Shown piece after piece: positions 18,201 to 26,310 of a stretch of DNA of 64,000 bases. The position numbers and the translations under genes were made by a program. This stretch comes from Patescibacteria group bacterium. Lineage in GTDB: Bacteria; Patescibacteriota; Minisyncoccia; Phycocordibacterales; Phycocordibacteraceae. Within the stretch, counting starts at the first letter, position 1, and every line of letters begins with the position of its first letter. The notes below the pieces were generated by a model. It worked only from the letters and a program-made list of their open reading frames with translations, ran no database searches and was not told the DNA's origin. The DNA lies in NCBI GenBank assembly GCA_040388985.1, contig JAZKAU010000002.1, positions 247,642 to 311,641 on the forward strand, written 5' to 3'.

Positions 18201-19520
18201 ACCGGACTCACCGCATCCACCACCTACCATTTCCGCGTACAGAGTGCCGATGTTGCGAATAATATAGCCACGTCCTCAGACAAGACATTTACCACTGCCG
18301 CAGTACCCGACACCACGCCCCCAGTCATCTCCGCTATAGCGTCCTCAACAACTCAGACCGGCGCTACCATCTCGTGGACCACGAACGAAGCCTCCGACTC
18401 TCGTGTCGACTACGGTCTTACTTCGTCCTATGGAACCGCCTCTACGTCAGCAGCGCTCGGGACCTCTCATTCGATATCGCTATCGGGCCTCACTCCTTCG
18501 ACTACCTATCACTTCCGTATACGAAGTACCGATGCGTCGAGCAACACGGCAACGTCGTCAGCCGCAACCTTCACGACTGCCACGACTCCTGACACTACGG
18601 CTCCCGTAATCTCGGCCATTGCCGCGTCTGCAGACAGTTCTACCGCTACGATCACCTGGAGCACCGACGAGGCAGCTACCTCTCAAGTCGAGTACGGGAC
18701 GAGCACTTCGTATTCCGCGAGCTCTACGCTCGACGCGTCGCTGGTCACGAGCCACTCGGTGACCCTCACCGATTTGGCTTCAGGCATTACATATCACTAT
18801 CGCGTCCTCTCGTCCGACGCATCCGCTAATCTCGCGACTTCGAGCGACCAGACGTTCGACACCGAATCAGCTTCGAGCGGCTCGTCACACCACTCATCCC
18901 ACTCGAATCACGAGAGTTCTGATACGCCTAGCTCACCTGGGGATTCTACGACTACGACCACTACTACTACGAGTACCTCGACTACGACCGCTCCTACCGT
19001 ATCGTTCATCCGTGACCTGACGCTTGGCGCGACGGGAGACGATGTACGCGCGCTGCAGGAGTTCCTCTTAGCGCACGGCTTCTCGATTCCTGCGGGAGCT
19101 ACCGGATACTTCGGACTGCAGACTAAGGCTGCGCTCGCCGCATTCCAGGCAGCGAGTGGCATCGTACCTTCAGTAGGGTACTTCGGACCGCTTACCCGGG
19201 CCTTCATAGCCGCTGGAACGGTATCTCTTCCTGTAACGAATCCTACTGGCACTGCGGTGACCCCTGCAACACCACTTCCAACATCCGTTTCCGGATTCGT
19301 CTTTACACGCCCGCTGTTCCTTGGGGACACCGGTGCCGACGTCATCGCGCTCCAGACCATACTTCAGGCAAAAGGGTTCTATACCTATCCGGTCATTACG
19401 GGATACTACGGACAAGTCACGCTCCAAGCTGTTGCCGACTTCCAGCGCTCCGTCGGACTCGATCATCTGGGATATGTGGGGCCTGCGACGAGGGGAGTAT
19501 TGAATACACTCACGCACTAA
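15252..19520 (+). CDS. Large secreted surface protein: beta-helix + Ig-like + six FN3-like repeats + two peptidoglycan-binding domains
   Basis: Signal peptide, TYYVDS..GSD.NAGT...PWQTL pectin-lyase-like start, SVQFYLDG Ig domain, six 94-aa repeats, S/T linker, RDLTLG...GYFGPLTRA. Confidence 0.88.
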   Translation: MTVISKKGTRAALFVSFVLACFLSHASLSQAATYYVDSVGGSDGNAGTSTGAPWQTLSKIASSTFSGGDSVLLKAGDVWRESLIFPSSGTSGNPITIGKYGSGANPVLNGSDILPNANFTVYDAPNNTYQIPMTVEGNGVAAVWENGARLTLAVSLAAATSTPGSVFYNTTTHIMYVHSANASPNVITNGLTYEGTKRGNVAYDNGNSWLIWQDLEIDKGFTNLSAHLVAGNNNIVRRVNYYENANHHLGFYGSNNLGEDLYGENDAGGSFLFYGPSSHDNIFRRIQSVANIATLGPAVQAHGGSYNNIVEDSLLTSSVTPSSQTAAIGLSADAGTSIIARRNKIMGKWTFAFGMNSGAGINSEFYDNVIDGSQFITRAISLTSTGATGLKIYNNTYYTSGTQDFFGVDASGSAEVRNNIVYVSSSGFYVFIGSASSTVFSNNEYFGSSRTNAFGAVSGNKTFLQWQALGYDTNSQLANPLFVSSTSPSIDLSLQPGSPAIDVGTNFGSPYNLALSASTTWPSNIVTLNQNSYGAGWERGAYVYGGASALSVAMASPSSGATVASTTTISATATASSPATISSVQFYLDGSTLGAPVTSTTSPNTYSYAWNTTAATDGAHTLYAVATNDSANATTSPSISVTVDNTAPVISAIASSTTQTGATITWTTNESSDSRVDFGLTSSYGTASSSVATSTSHSITLSGLTASTLYHFRVQSTDATSHAATSSDLTFTTAAVPDTTPPIISSIASSTTQTGATVTWTTNEGSDSRVDYGTSSSYGTASTSAALLTSHSITLSGLTASTLYHFRVQSTDASSNVATSSDLTFTTTAVPDTTPPVISSIASSTSQTSATISWTTNEAANSQVDYGTTASYGTASTSAAFSTSHSLTLTGLTASTLYHFRVQSVDASSNVATSSDLTFTTTAVPDTTAPLISGISSSTGQTSAVITWTTDESSDSRVDFGGSSSYGTASTSAALTTSHSLTLTGLTASTTYHFRVQSADVANNIATSSDKTFTTAAVPDTTPPVISAIASSTTQTGATISWTTNEASDSRVDYGLTSSYGTASTSAALGTSHSISLSGLTPSTTYHFRIRSTDASSNTATSSAATFTTATTPDTTAPVISAIAASADSSTATITWSTDEAATSQVEYGTSTSYSASSTLDASLVTSHSVTLTDLASGITYHYRVLSSDASANLATSSDQTFDTESASSGSSHHSSHSNHESSDTPSSPGDSTTTTTTTTSTSTTTAPTVSFIRDLTLGATGDDVRALQEFLLAHGFSIPAGATGYFGLQTKAALAAFQAASGIVPSVGYFGPLTRAFIAAGTVSLPVTNPTGTAVTPATPLPTSVSGFVFTRPLFLGDTGADVIALQTILQAKGFYTYPVITGYYGQVTLQAVADFQRSVGLDHLGYVGPATRGVLNTLTH
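17181..18860 (+). repeat. Six intragenic 282-bp tandem repeats (FN3-like domains)
   Basis: Units start at 17181, 17463, 17745, 18027, 18309 and 18591 (DTTxPxIS...TWTTNE...YHFRVQS). Confidence 0.92.
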
Positions 19521-19523
19521 GAT

Positions 19524-19946
19524 ATGGATAAAGAGGACCTCAAGGACCAGTATGATCGGTTCCTGGAACAGGTACGTACCGAAGCGAAGGACCTGTATTG
19601 GCTCTTCAACTTCTTCTTCGTCATAGAGAGCGCTCTCCTGATAGCTGCCTTCACCGACAAGCTCAGTCTGGGGTACATGCATCTGGCAGAGGTCACCGGC
19701 TTCCTGCTCTCGCTCTACTGGTTCCTCATCGTGCGGAAGCAGCGACTCTGGAGGAACCACTGGGTGGAGAGGATCCAGACGGTGGAAGAAGAGCTCGGCA
19801 TATCGAGCACGTTCCAGATGTGGCCCGCAAGAAGCCGCACTACTATGAAGGACTTCGTTGCCGGGAGAAGGGGAGTGTGGCGGCTGCTGTTCGTGTTGCC
19901 GGTGGGGTTCGCGGTGTTGTGGGCGGTATTGTTTGTGGGCGGATAG
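19524..19946 (+). CDS. Hypothetical small membrane protein
   Basis: 140 aa with three hydrophobic segments. Confidence 0.65.
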   Translation: MDKEDLKDQYDRFLEQVRTEAKDLYWLFNFFFVIESALLIAAFTDKLSLGYMHLAEVTGFLLSLYWFLIVRKQRLWRNHWVERIQTVEEELGISSTFQMWPARSRTTMKDFVAGRRGVWRLLFVLPVGFAVLWAVLFVGG

Positions 19947-20003
19947 AGATTTTTATACTCAAAGCTGTAAGAACGACTGCCTATTAGATTAAAGAGGTTT
20001 CTC

Positions 20004-21416
20004 TTAAGAATGCGAACGGATGAATGCTCGGAGCTGCTCCGCATCAGCATCTATCCTTATGAATGCATCTTCGGGTAATGAATTCTCAAGACCCATAAAA
20101 CGTTCAGATCGTTCCGTAACGAAGCCAAGCGCTTCTTTAATGGAATCCTCGAACTTTACCGGGAGCGCAGTACTCATGCATATCAGAGGAACACTATCTT
20201 TCTTAGCCCGAATGCCGACTGTTACAGCATCGGCCGTGTGAGTATCGATGACGATGTTCGCCTTCTCGTACACGGAACGAATACTGCCGAGCCTGTCCGT
20301 ATGGGTTGAGACGCCGCTCTCGAATCCTTGACCACACAGGTCGCTCACCGATACGCCGAATTCCTTCAGGTCAACCGACCCGGTAGTTTCGAAGATATGC
20401 ATATACTCGCGAAGCTTTGCGGCGTCCCGTCCTAAAAGATCGAATGCAAATCGCTCATAATTCGACGCCTTCGATATATCCATCGAAGGGCTGGACGTAG
20501 TGCGCGTGGGCGTCTGAGCATAGATTCCGGTATTGAAGAGAGTGTCCAGTACGTTGTTCTCGTTCGTGGCGATGATGAGACGGCGTATCGGCAGGCCCAT
20601 TTGTTTGGCGATATAGCCGGAGAGCGCATTTCCGAAATTACCGCTCGGTATGCAGAAGTCGACCTCGTCACCGATGGCCTGTACTGCCTGCACGTATCCG
20701 GAGAAATAGTAAGGAACCTGCGAGGAGATCCTCCCCCAGTTTATCGAATTGACCGCGCCAAGCTTCTCGAATTCTTTCTCGTTCTTCAGTTTCTTTACCA
20801 GGTCCTGACAATCGTCGAACACGCCCCGCACGGAGATATTGAGGACGTTGCCTCCGGACAACGCCCCCATCTGCGCTTTCTGGAACGGACTCATACCGCG
20901 TTCCGGGGAGAGCATGAATATCGTGACGTGTTCGAGTCCTTTGAATGCCGCTTCGGCGGCGGAACCGGTATCGCCCGATGTGGCGCCGAGGATAATCAGG
21001 TGCTCGTTTCTCTTACTGAGTTCGTAATTCATCTCCTGCCCGAGCATCTGCATCGCCACATCCTTGAACGCTGCCGTCGGACCGAGCGAGAGCTGCTCTA
21101 TGAAGACTCCGTTTCCGATAGTTTGCAAAGGTGCTACGTTCCCGTCTTTGGTGGGTAGAAAAGAAGTATCGCTGTACGCAGCATCGACTAGCGAATGTAG
21201 GACATCGTCAGGAATATCGCCGCCGATTATCTTTTTCTTGATCGTAAACGCGATATCCCGGTACGGTGCACCCCTAAAGCTCGCGATCTCTTCAAGCGAT
21301 ACGTGCGGATAGGATAAGGGGGTAAAAAGCCCTCCATCAGGTGCCAGGCCCGCGAGCAGCACGTCGGTATAGGAATATTCTTTCTGAGATTCGTCGCGCG
21401 TGCTGATGAGTTTCAT
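20004..21416 (-). CDS. thrC: Threonine synthase
   Basis: STR, GLAPDGGLF, GPTAAFKD (PLP Lys), ATSGDTGSAA, NSINWGRI, PSGNFGN, SPSMDI. Confidence 0.95.
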   Translation of the reverse strand: MKLISTRDESQKEYSYTDVLLAGLAPDGGLFTPLSYPHVSLEEIASFRGAPYRDIAFTIKKKIIGGDIPDDVLHSLVDAAYSDTSFLPTKDGNVAPLQTIGNGVFIEQLSLGPTAAFKDVAMQMLGQEMNYELSKRNEHLIILGATSGDTGSAAEAAFKGLEHVTIFMLSPERGMSPFQKAQMGALSGGNVLNISVRGVFDDCQDLVKKLKNEKEFEKLGAVNSINWGRISSQVPYYFSGYVQAVQAIGDEVDFCIPSGNFGNALSGYIAKQMGLPIRRLIIATNENNVLDTLFNTGIYAQTPTRTTSSPSMDISKASNYERFAFDLLGRDAAKLREYMHIFETTGSVDLKEFGVSVSDLCGQGFESGVSTHTDRLGSIRSVYEKANIVIDTHTADAVTVGIRAKKDSVPLICMSTALPVKFEDSIKEALGFVTERSERFMGLENSLPEDAFIRIDADAEQLRAFIRSHS

Positions 21417-22081
21417 TGCGGAAGATATGACTTGATAATCCTAAGCGTTCCCGTACCGTCTCTATCATAGAGCGCTTCTGCCGGGATGGTTATATGCGCG
21501 AGCGAACGATATCGAGCGAGTCTGTCTGCCAGAAGCTTCGGATAACAGCGCCGAATAGTCTCTATATTCGTCTCACCCTCTTCTGCTACGAAGAAACCGT
21601 TCCATATGACGGGCTTAGGTTCCTTGATGAATCTCTGGAGCATGTTCTCTATCGCATCATCTCCTACATCTAGGTTTACGACGAGGCAGGCATTGATAAG
21701 CCAGTTGCGTGTCTCGCTATCCAGATAAATGACACTTCCCGTTGTATCGAAGACCAGATTCTCTCCATTCGTCTCAAGAAAGTCAATCTTGGTGTTCTTG
21801 GCTTCTGTCGCTAAATACGACGCTTCGCGTTCGGGATACGTTTCCGTATTCGGATATCCGAGCCATGATGATATATCACTCATTTCTTCGAAGCCGAGAT
21901 CCTTCTGTATTTCGCCGTCAACGTCATACCAAAAGAAGTTCTGCTCGTCTCGAAGAATGCGAGACCGATAGCTCTTACCGGCATTCGACATTCCTACAAA
22001 TGCGATTCGGAGTGTTCCGCTCTTTGCGTGTGCTTCAAATTCTTCTTGGTTGAGATTTTCGGTAGTCATCGGCAATTCCAT
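21413..22081 (-). CDS. Shikimate-kinase-like P-loop kinase, overlapping the thrC start
   Basis: GMSNAGKS Walker A, DVD, FDTTGSVIY, R..RY. The stop overlaps the thrC ATG (ATGA). Confidence 0.75.
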   Translation of the reverse strand: MELPMTTENLNQEEFEAHAKSGTLRIAFVGMSNAGKSYRSRILRDEQNFFWYDVDGEIQKDLGFEEMSDISSWLGYPNTETYPEREASYLATEAKNTKIDFLETNGENLVFDTTGSVIYLDSETRNWLINACLVVNLDVGDDAIENMLQRFIKEPKPVIWNGFFVAEEGETNIETIRRCYPKLLADRLARYRSLAHITIPAEALYDRDGTGTLRIIKSYLPQ

Positions 22082-22298
22082 CCTTATATGATCATTATAC
22101 CTCGTGTCTTGGAGGGTTCGGCGACGAGTTATCAAGTGTAAATTTGCGGCGTCGTGATTACACAACATCCTGCCAAAATATAGTCGTCTAACGGAGGGAC
22201 TCGGTCACGAGTTACTAAGCTCGAGGACTCGCTAAGTACTCTCGACCCCGCCTCGGCAATAGTCCTCGAAGACTCGAACTTGCTTCGCGCCTCCGGCT

Positions 22299-22383
22299 TT
22301 CGAATCCCTCCGTCTCTCGCAACATGCAACAAAACCGAAGCAGTGCTTCGGTTTTGGCAGTTGCGGAGACGGAGGGATTCGAA
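22299..22383. repeat. Inverted copy of the tRNA-Ser 3' end forming a long hairpin with a terminator-like core
   Basis: TTCGAATCCCTCCGTCTC (22299-22316) is the exact reverse complement of 22366-22383. Inner stem AAAACCGAAGC/GCTTCGGTTTT. Confidence 0.85.
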
Positions 22384-22450
22384 CCCTCGGAGCCTTTTAC
22401 AGCTCGCCTCGTTAGCAGTGAGGTACTTTCGACCACTCAGCCACGTCTCC
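22364..22450 (-). tRNA. tRNA-Ser, anticodon GCT
   Basis: Minus strand GGAGACG...TGGCTGAGTGGTCGAAAG...CT-GCT-AA...long variable arm...GAGGG-TTCGAAT-CCCTC-CGTCTCC-G. CCA is not encoded. Confidence 0.93.
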
Positions 22451-22513
22451 ATATATATCCAGGCATATCGGGCCGCAGCCCACCTTGATATAGGTAAATT
22501 ATCATTTCAGGAG

Positions 22514-23152
22514 CTAATGCGCGAGTGCGAGGGCCTGCACGTCGGTAGCGCCTGCATTCTTGAGGGCCCGGACGGCCTGCGAGAGGGTAGCGCCGGTGGT
22601 GATGACGTCGTCGAATACTATATAGGTATGTGCTCTGTTGCAGGGTCCTTTCGCTACGAAGGCGCCTTCGACATTGCGAAGCCGGGCGTGGCCGCCGAGA
22701 CTCGTCTGAGGGAGGGTGTCTCGGGTACGTAGCAATGTGTCGGTTGCAAGGTGCAGATGCGCCTCAAGACCTTGAAGTGCTTCGCGCGCGATGCGCTCAG
22801 TCTGATTGTAGCCGCGCTCGCGCAGGCGTGAACTGGAGAGGGGAACAGGAACGAGGACGAAGGAACCGGAAGAGAGATCTCGAAGATCGGCTATAAGATC
22901 GAGAAGATATTCATGAAGAGTACACGCAAGATGAGTCGTTGCCTGCGCATTGCCGTGATATTTGGTCTCGATGATGCAGCTCTGTACCTCACTGTTGCTG
23001 TAGGGAAGAAGTCCGACCGCCGAAAGGTCGCCTAGAGATATGACGCTCGGCGAGAGAAGTTGCGGCAGGGAATCGTCATGCATGGCGCGCACGACGAGTT
23101 CGCTCGGACGGGGCGGAAAGACGATGTCGATAAGCATCTCCACGAGGCGCAT
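22514..23152 (-). CDS. comF: ComF-family phosphoribosyltransferase-like competence protein
   Basis: VPVPL...RERGYNQ, DDVITTGATL. The N-terminal zinc-ribbon cysteines are absent. Confidence 0.88.
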   Translation of the reverse strand: MRLVEMLIDIVFPPRPSELVVRAMHDDSLPQLLSPSVISLGDLSAVGLLPYSNSEVQSCIIETKYHGNAQATTHLACTLHEYLLDLIADLRDLSSGSFVLVPVPLSSSRLRERGYNQTERIAREALQGLEAHLHLATDTLLRTRDTLPQTSLGGHARLRNVEGAFVAKGPCNRAHTYIVFDDVITTGATLSQAVRALKNAGATDVQALALAH

Positions 23153-23177
23153 ATGCTCTACATGATACAATCAATAT

Positions 23178-24263
23178 ATGAGTTTTTTGTCGGGTATCTT
23201 CGGGCATAAGAAATCGAAGAGCGTCATCGGCGTCGATATCGGCTCGTCCTCGCTCAAAGTCGTGCAACTGCGGCGCGATGGCGAGACGGCAGTGCTCGAG
23301 ACCTATGGCGAGCTCTCGCTCGGCCCCTACGCAGGCGGGGAAGTAGGGCAGGCTACGAACCTTCCGGCCGATAAGATCGCGGCTACGCTCGTTGATCTGC
23401 TACGCGAAGCGAGCGTGACGACGAACGATGCCGGCGTCTCCATTCCTTTCTCGCGTTCACTTCTGCGCCTCATCACGCTCCCGCGTCGAGACGATCCGAA
23501 CGAGCAACGTACGATGGTGGAACTCGAAGCGCGCAAGTATATCCCGGTGCCGGTGAGCGAGGTGCAGCTCGACTGGTTCGTAGTGCCCGAGCCTATAGCA
23601 GAAGGGGAAGCGCCATCGGACAAGATGCGCGTACTGCTGGTCGCCGTTCACAACGACGAGCTCAGCCTGCTCCAGGGCGTGGTGGAAGGAGCGAAGCTCG
23701 CCACATCCTTCTACGAGATAGAGATATTCAGCACGATACGCTCGGTAGTGGACGAACCGGTGCGGCCCGTCCTCGTGCTCGACATCGGAGCCTCCGCGAC
23801 CAAGGTCTACGTCGTCGAGCACGGCGTCGTCGCCTTCTCTCATAACATCCCGCAAGGCGGCCAGGACGTGACGCGCAGCATCGCGACTGCCAATGGTCTC
23901 TCCATCAAGCAGGCGGAGATATCGAAGAAGGAACACGGATTCGAGGGCGGTACGATGCCGTATGCCCGCGCGACCATCGAGCTCATATTCTCCCGTATCT
24001 TCGAGGAGACGAAGCGTGTGCTCGCCCAGTTCGAGCTCGGCAGCCAGAAGAGCGTCGCCGCCATCGTGCTTACCGGCGGCGGGGGAGTGACGAAGGAGCT
24101 CGCAACGTATGCGAAGAATTTCTTCTCCATGGAAGTGAAGATAGCCGATCCGTTCGGGAAGGTCGAAGCTCCGGCCTTCATGCGCCCTGTTCTCGCGGAC
24201 ATCGGCCCTGAATTTGCGGTTGCGGTCGGGCTTGCGCTGCGCAAGCTCGAGGAGATCCAGTAG
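23178..24263 (+). CDS. pilM: Type IV pilus assembly protein PilM
   Basis: IGVDIGSSSLKVV, EARKYIPVP, LDIGASAT, LTGGG, AVAVGLALR. Confidence 0.93.
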   Translation: MSFLSGIFGHKKSKSVIGVDIGSSSLKVVQLRRDGETAVLETYGELSLGPYAGGEVGQATNLPADKIAATLVDLLREASVTTNDAGVSIPFSRSLLRLITLPRRDDPNEQRTMVELEARKYIPVPVSEVQLDWFVVPEPIAEGEAPSDKMRVLLVAVHNDELSLLQGVVEGAKLATSFYEIEIFSTIRSVVDEPVRPVLVLDIGASATKVYVVEHGVVAFSHNIPQGGQDVTRSIATANGLSIKQAEISKKEHGFEGGTMPYARATIELIFSRIFEETKRVLAQFELGSQKSVAAIVLTGGGGVTKELATYAKNFFSMEVKIADPFGKVEAPAFMRPVLADIGPEFAVAVGLALRKLEEIQ

Positions 24264-24277
24264 GGGTGCCATCTGTG

Positions 24278-24416
24278 CCCGGTGAGCCTACTTTGGCATA
24301 GGAGGCGTATGCACAGCCTCCAATCTCATACGCTTTACATGCACATGGTGAGAGCCTTAGATTCTAGAACCTGCTAACGAATATTGAGCTGTGCGATGCC
24401 AAAGTAGGCTACCGGG
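24278..24416. mobile_element. MITE-like element with about 21-bp terminal inverted repeats
   Basis: CCCGGT-G-AGCCTACTTTGGCAT (24278-24299) pairs with ATGCCAAAGTAGGCT-ACCGGG (24396-24416) around a 96-bp non-coding core. Confidence 0.5.
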
Positions 24417-24465
24417 TGTGCATAAATAGGAAAAGGATTGTTTCTAGATAGCGTATACTCTATCC

Positions 24466-25212
24466 GTGGCACTCTCTCCCGGCATCCCGACCTCGTTCGT
24501 ACCGAAGCAGCCGGTACAGCCTTCAGCTGGCCGTGCCTTTCGCGGCGGCAATAACCTGTTCTTTCTCGCCTCTCTCGGCGTGCTCGGCATCGTCGCGCTT
24601 ATGTGTGCTGGCGTCTTCATCTATCAGCGCTACCTGGCTGGCACGCTTGCCGCTAAGGAACAGCAGCTCACTGCGGCGCAATCCCACGTGGATCAGAACA
24701 CTATCGAGGATTTCGTCCGTCTGCGCGATCGGCTGAGCAGCGGCAAGGACCTGCTCACCAATCACGTCATGCTCTCGCAATTCTTCGACACGCTCGAGAC
24801 CCTCACGCTCGCCAATGTTCGCTTCAACGACATGAAGCTTATCGTCGCGGGCGATCATACGGCGCAGATAGAGGTCGATGGCACCGCTAAGAATTTCAAT
24901 ACGCTTGCTGCGCAGTCGAACGCCTTCGCTACCGAGAAGCGCATCAAGCGCGCCATCTTCTCGGGTATCACGCTTACGGAAGCGAAGCTCGTGAAATTCA
25001 AGCTCACGGCGGATATCGATCCGCGGCTCGTTATCGCGGGCGCCGCAACCGCAGCGCCTTCGGGAAGCGGCGCAACTACGCTCCCCGCACCTGCAGGCGC
25101 GCTGCCGCAGGCAAGTTCGTCGCCGCTCCTCAAGCCGCAAGCGGTAGCGACTACGACGGCACCGAGGACGGCTGCCACAAGCACGCGCGCAACCACCACC
25201 ACTTCGCTATGA
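24466..25212 (+). CDS. PilN-like pilus alignment protein
   Basis: TSFVPK N-terminus, single TM, coiled coil, ferredoxin-like C-terminal domain. Position directly after pilM. Confidence 0.75.
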   Translation: MALSPGIPTSFVPKQPVQPSAGRAFRGGNNLFFLASLGVLGIVALMCAGVFIYQRYLAGTLAAKEQQLTAAQSHVDQNTIEDFVRLRDRLSSGKDLLTNHVMLSQFFDTLETLTLANVRFNDMKLIVAGDHTAQIEVDGTAKNFNTLAAQSNAFATEKRIKRAIFSGITLTEAKLVKFKLTADIDPRLVIAGAATAAPSGSGATTLPAPAGALPQASSSPLLKPQAVATTTAPRTAATSTRATTTTSL

Positions 25213-25766
25213 CGTCCCGCCTTCTTCCCATCGGTGCGCTCGTGATCGCTATCGCGCTCTTCTTTCTGTACGTGAAGCCTACCTATACTGGTCCGATACA
25301 GGAGACAAAGACCAAGATCGATAGCTATACCGCGGCTCTCGCTGCAGCCGACAGGTTTTCAGAGAAGGAAGCGCAGCTCACGCAGCAGCGAGCCGCCATA
25401 GCGCCTGACAGCCTCCAGCGTCTGAACGAGTTCCTTCCTGACGGCGTCGATAACGTCCAGCTCATCCTTGACCTCGATGCGCTTGCGGCGCGATCAGGCA
25501 TGACGCTCTCGAACTTCGACATCAAGAATCAGGATCAGACCACCGCCGCGAATCCCGCGACCGGCCTCGCCCTTCAATCGAATACGCCGGTCGACTCCAT
25601 CGACCTCACGTTCTCCGGAGTCGGAACATACAGCGCCTTCCGCGCCCTCCTCGCGGGCATGGAGAACAGCCTGCGTCCGCTCGATGTCGTGAATCTGGGC
25701 GTCGTAGAATCCCAGACCGGCGTCTACACCTACAACATGACCGTACGCATCTATTGGCTTCATTAA
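25209..25766 (+). CDS. PilO-like pilus alignment protein
   Basis: TM + coiled coil + FLPD...GTYSAFRALL..MENSLRPLDV. Confidence 0.8.
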   Translation: MTSRLLPIGALVIAIALFFLYVKPTYTGPIQETKTKIDSYTAALAAADRFSEKEAQLTQQRAAIAPDSLQRLNEFLPDGVDNVQLILDLDALAARSGMTLSNFDIKNQDQTTAANPATGLALQSNTPVDSIDLTFSGVGTYSAFRALLAGMENSLRPLDVVNLGVVESQTGVYTYNMTVRIYWLH

Positions 25767-25773
25767 TACCGCC

Positions 25774-26067
25774 ATGAACCTTTCCCGTAACACCATCGTC
25801 CTCATCATCTGCCTCGTCATCGTGCTTGGCGGCGCCTTCTACTATTTCTTCTTCTACAATAGCGGCACTGAACCTGCGCTCACGAGCGACAATACGCCGG
25901 CGAGCGACGCAGAGCTTTCATTCATCGCGCTCGTGAGCAAGCTCGACCCCATCGTCTTCGACACCTCGCTCCTTGCAGACCCCCGCTTCACCACAAGACA
26001 GGATATCCGCACGACGGTGGTTCCTGAGACCAAGGGCAGAACCGATCCCTTCGCTCCTATCCGCTGA
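25774..26067 (+). CDS. Small membrane protein (PilP-like position)
   Basis: TM plus C-terminal GRTDPFAP, resembling the RDPF motif of PilP. Confidence 0.65.
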   Translation: MNLSRNTIVLIICLVIVLGGAFYYFFFYNSGTEPALTSDNTPASDAELSFIALVSKLDPIVFDTSLLADPRFTTRQDIRTTVVPETKGRTDPFAPIR

Positions 26068-26241
26068 GCTTCCTGAAATTCCCCAACCTGCTTTGCCCGC
26101 GCTATCGCTCGAATCCTCACCGTACACCTGAGTACGCCTCGGATTCTCACCACAAGGGTACTTCTTATTTCCACTCCCTTCGGTCGTGGAAATAATGTTT
26201 CGCTCTGCTCCGCCTCGCATCTCGGGTTTTTCAGAAACCTC
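26066..26241. repeat. Palindromic intergenic element, copy 1
   Basis: Imperfect terminal inverted repeats. Shares CTCACCACAAGG, CTTATTT..TCGT..AAATAATGT, CTGCTCCGCCTC and GCATnTCGGGTTTTTnAGAAACCTC with 36258-36451. Confidence 0.7.
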
Positions 26242-26310
26242 AGAAAGAAATGGGGGGTAAGTGTCGTTTTCGAATCCTAAAAACATAGTCAGAGTGGTAG
26301 ACTGGAGAGC

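Noticed and set aside
17181-18860. Mobile or non-coding repeat array
   Set aside because: The repeats are in frame, 94-codon protein domains with synonymous divergence.
19924-19975. attR-like tRNA fragment delimiting a thrC island from tRNA-Ser
   Set aside because: The minus strand has only a vague tRNA-like end that does not match the tRNA-Ser 3' sequence, and no integrase is present.
22132-22732. ORFs 22132-22452, 22215-22436 and 22280-22732
   Set aside because: They overlap tRNA-Ser, its hairpin trailer or comF; spurious translations.
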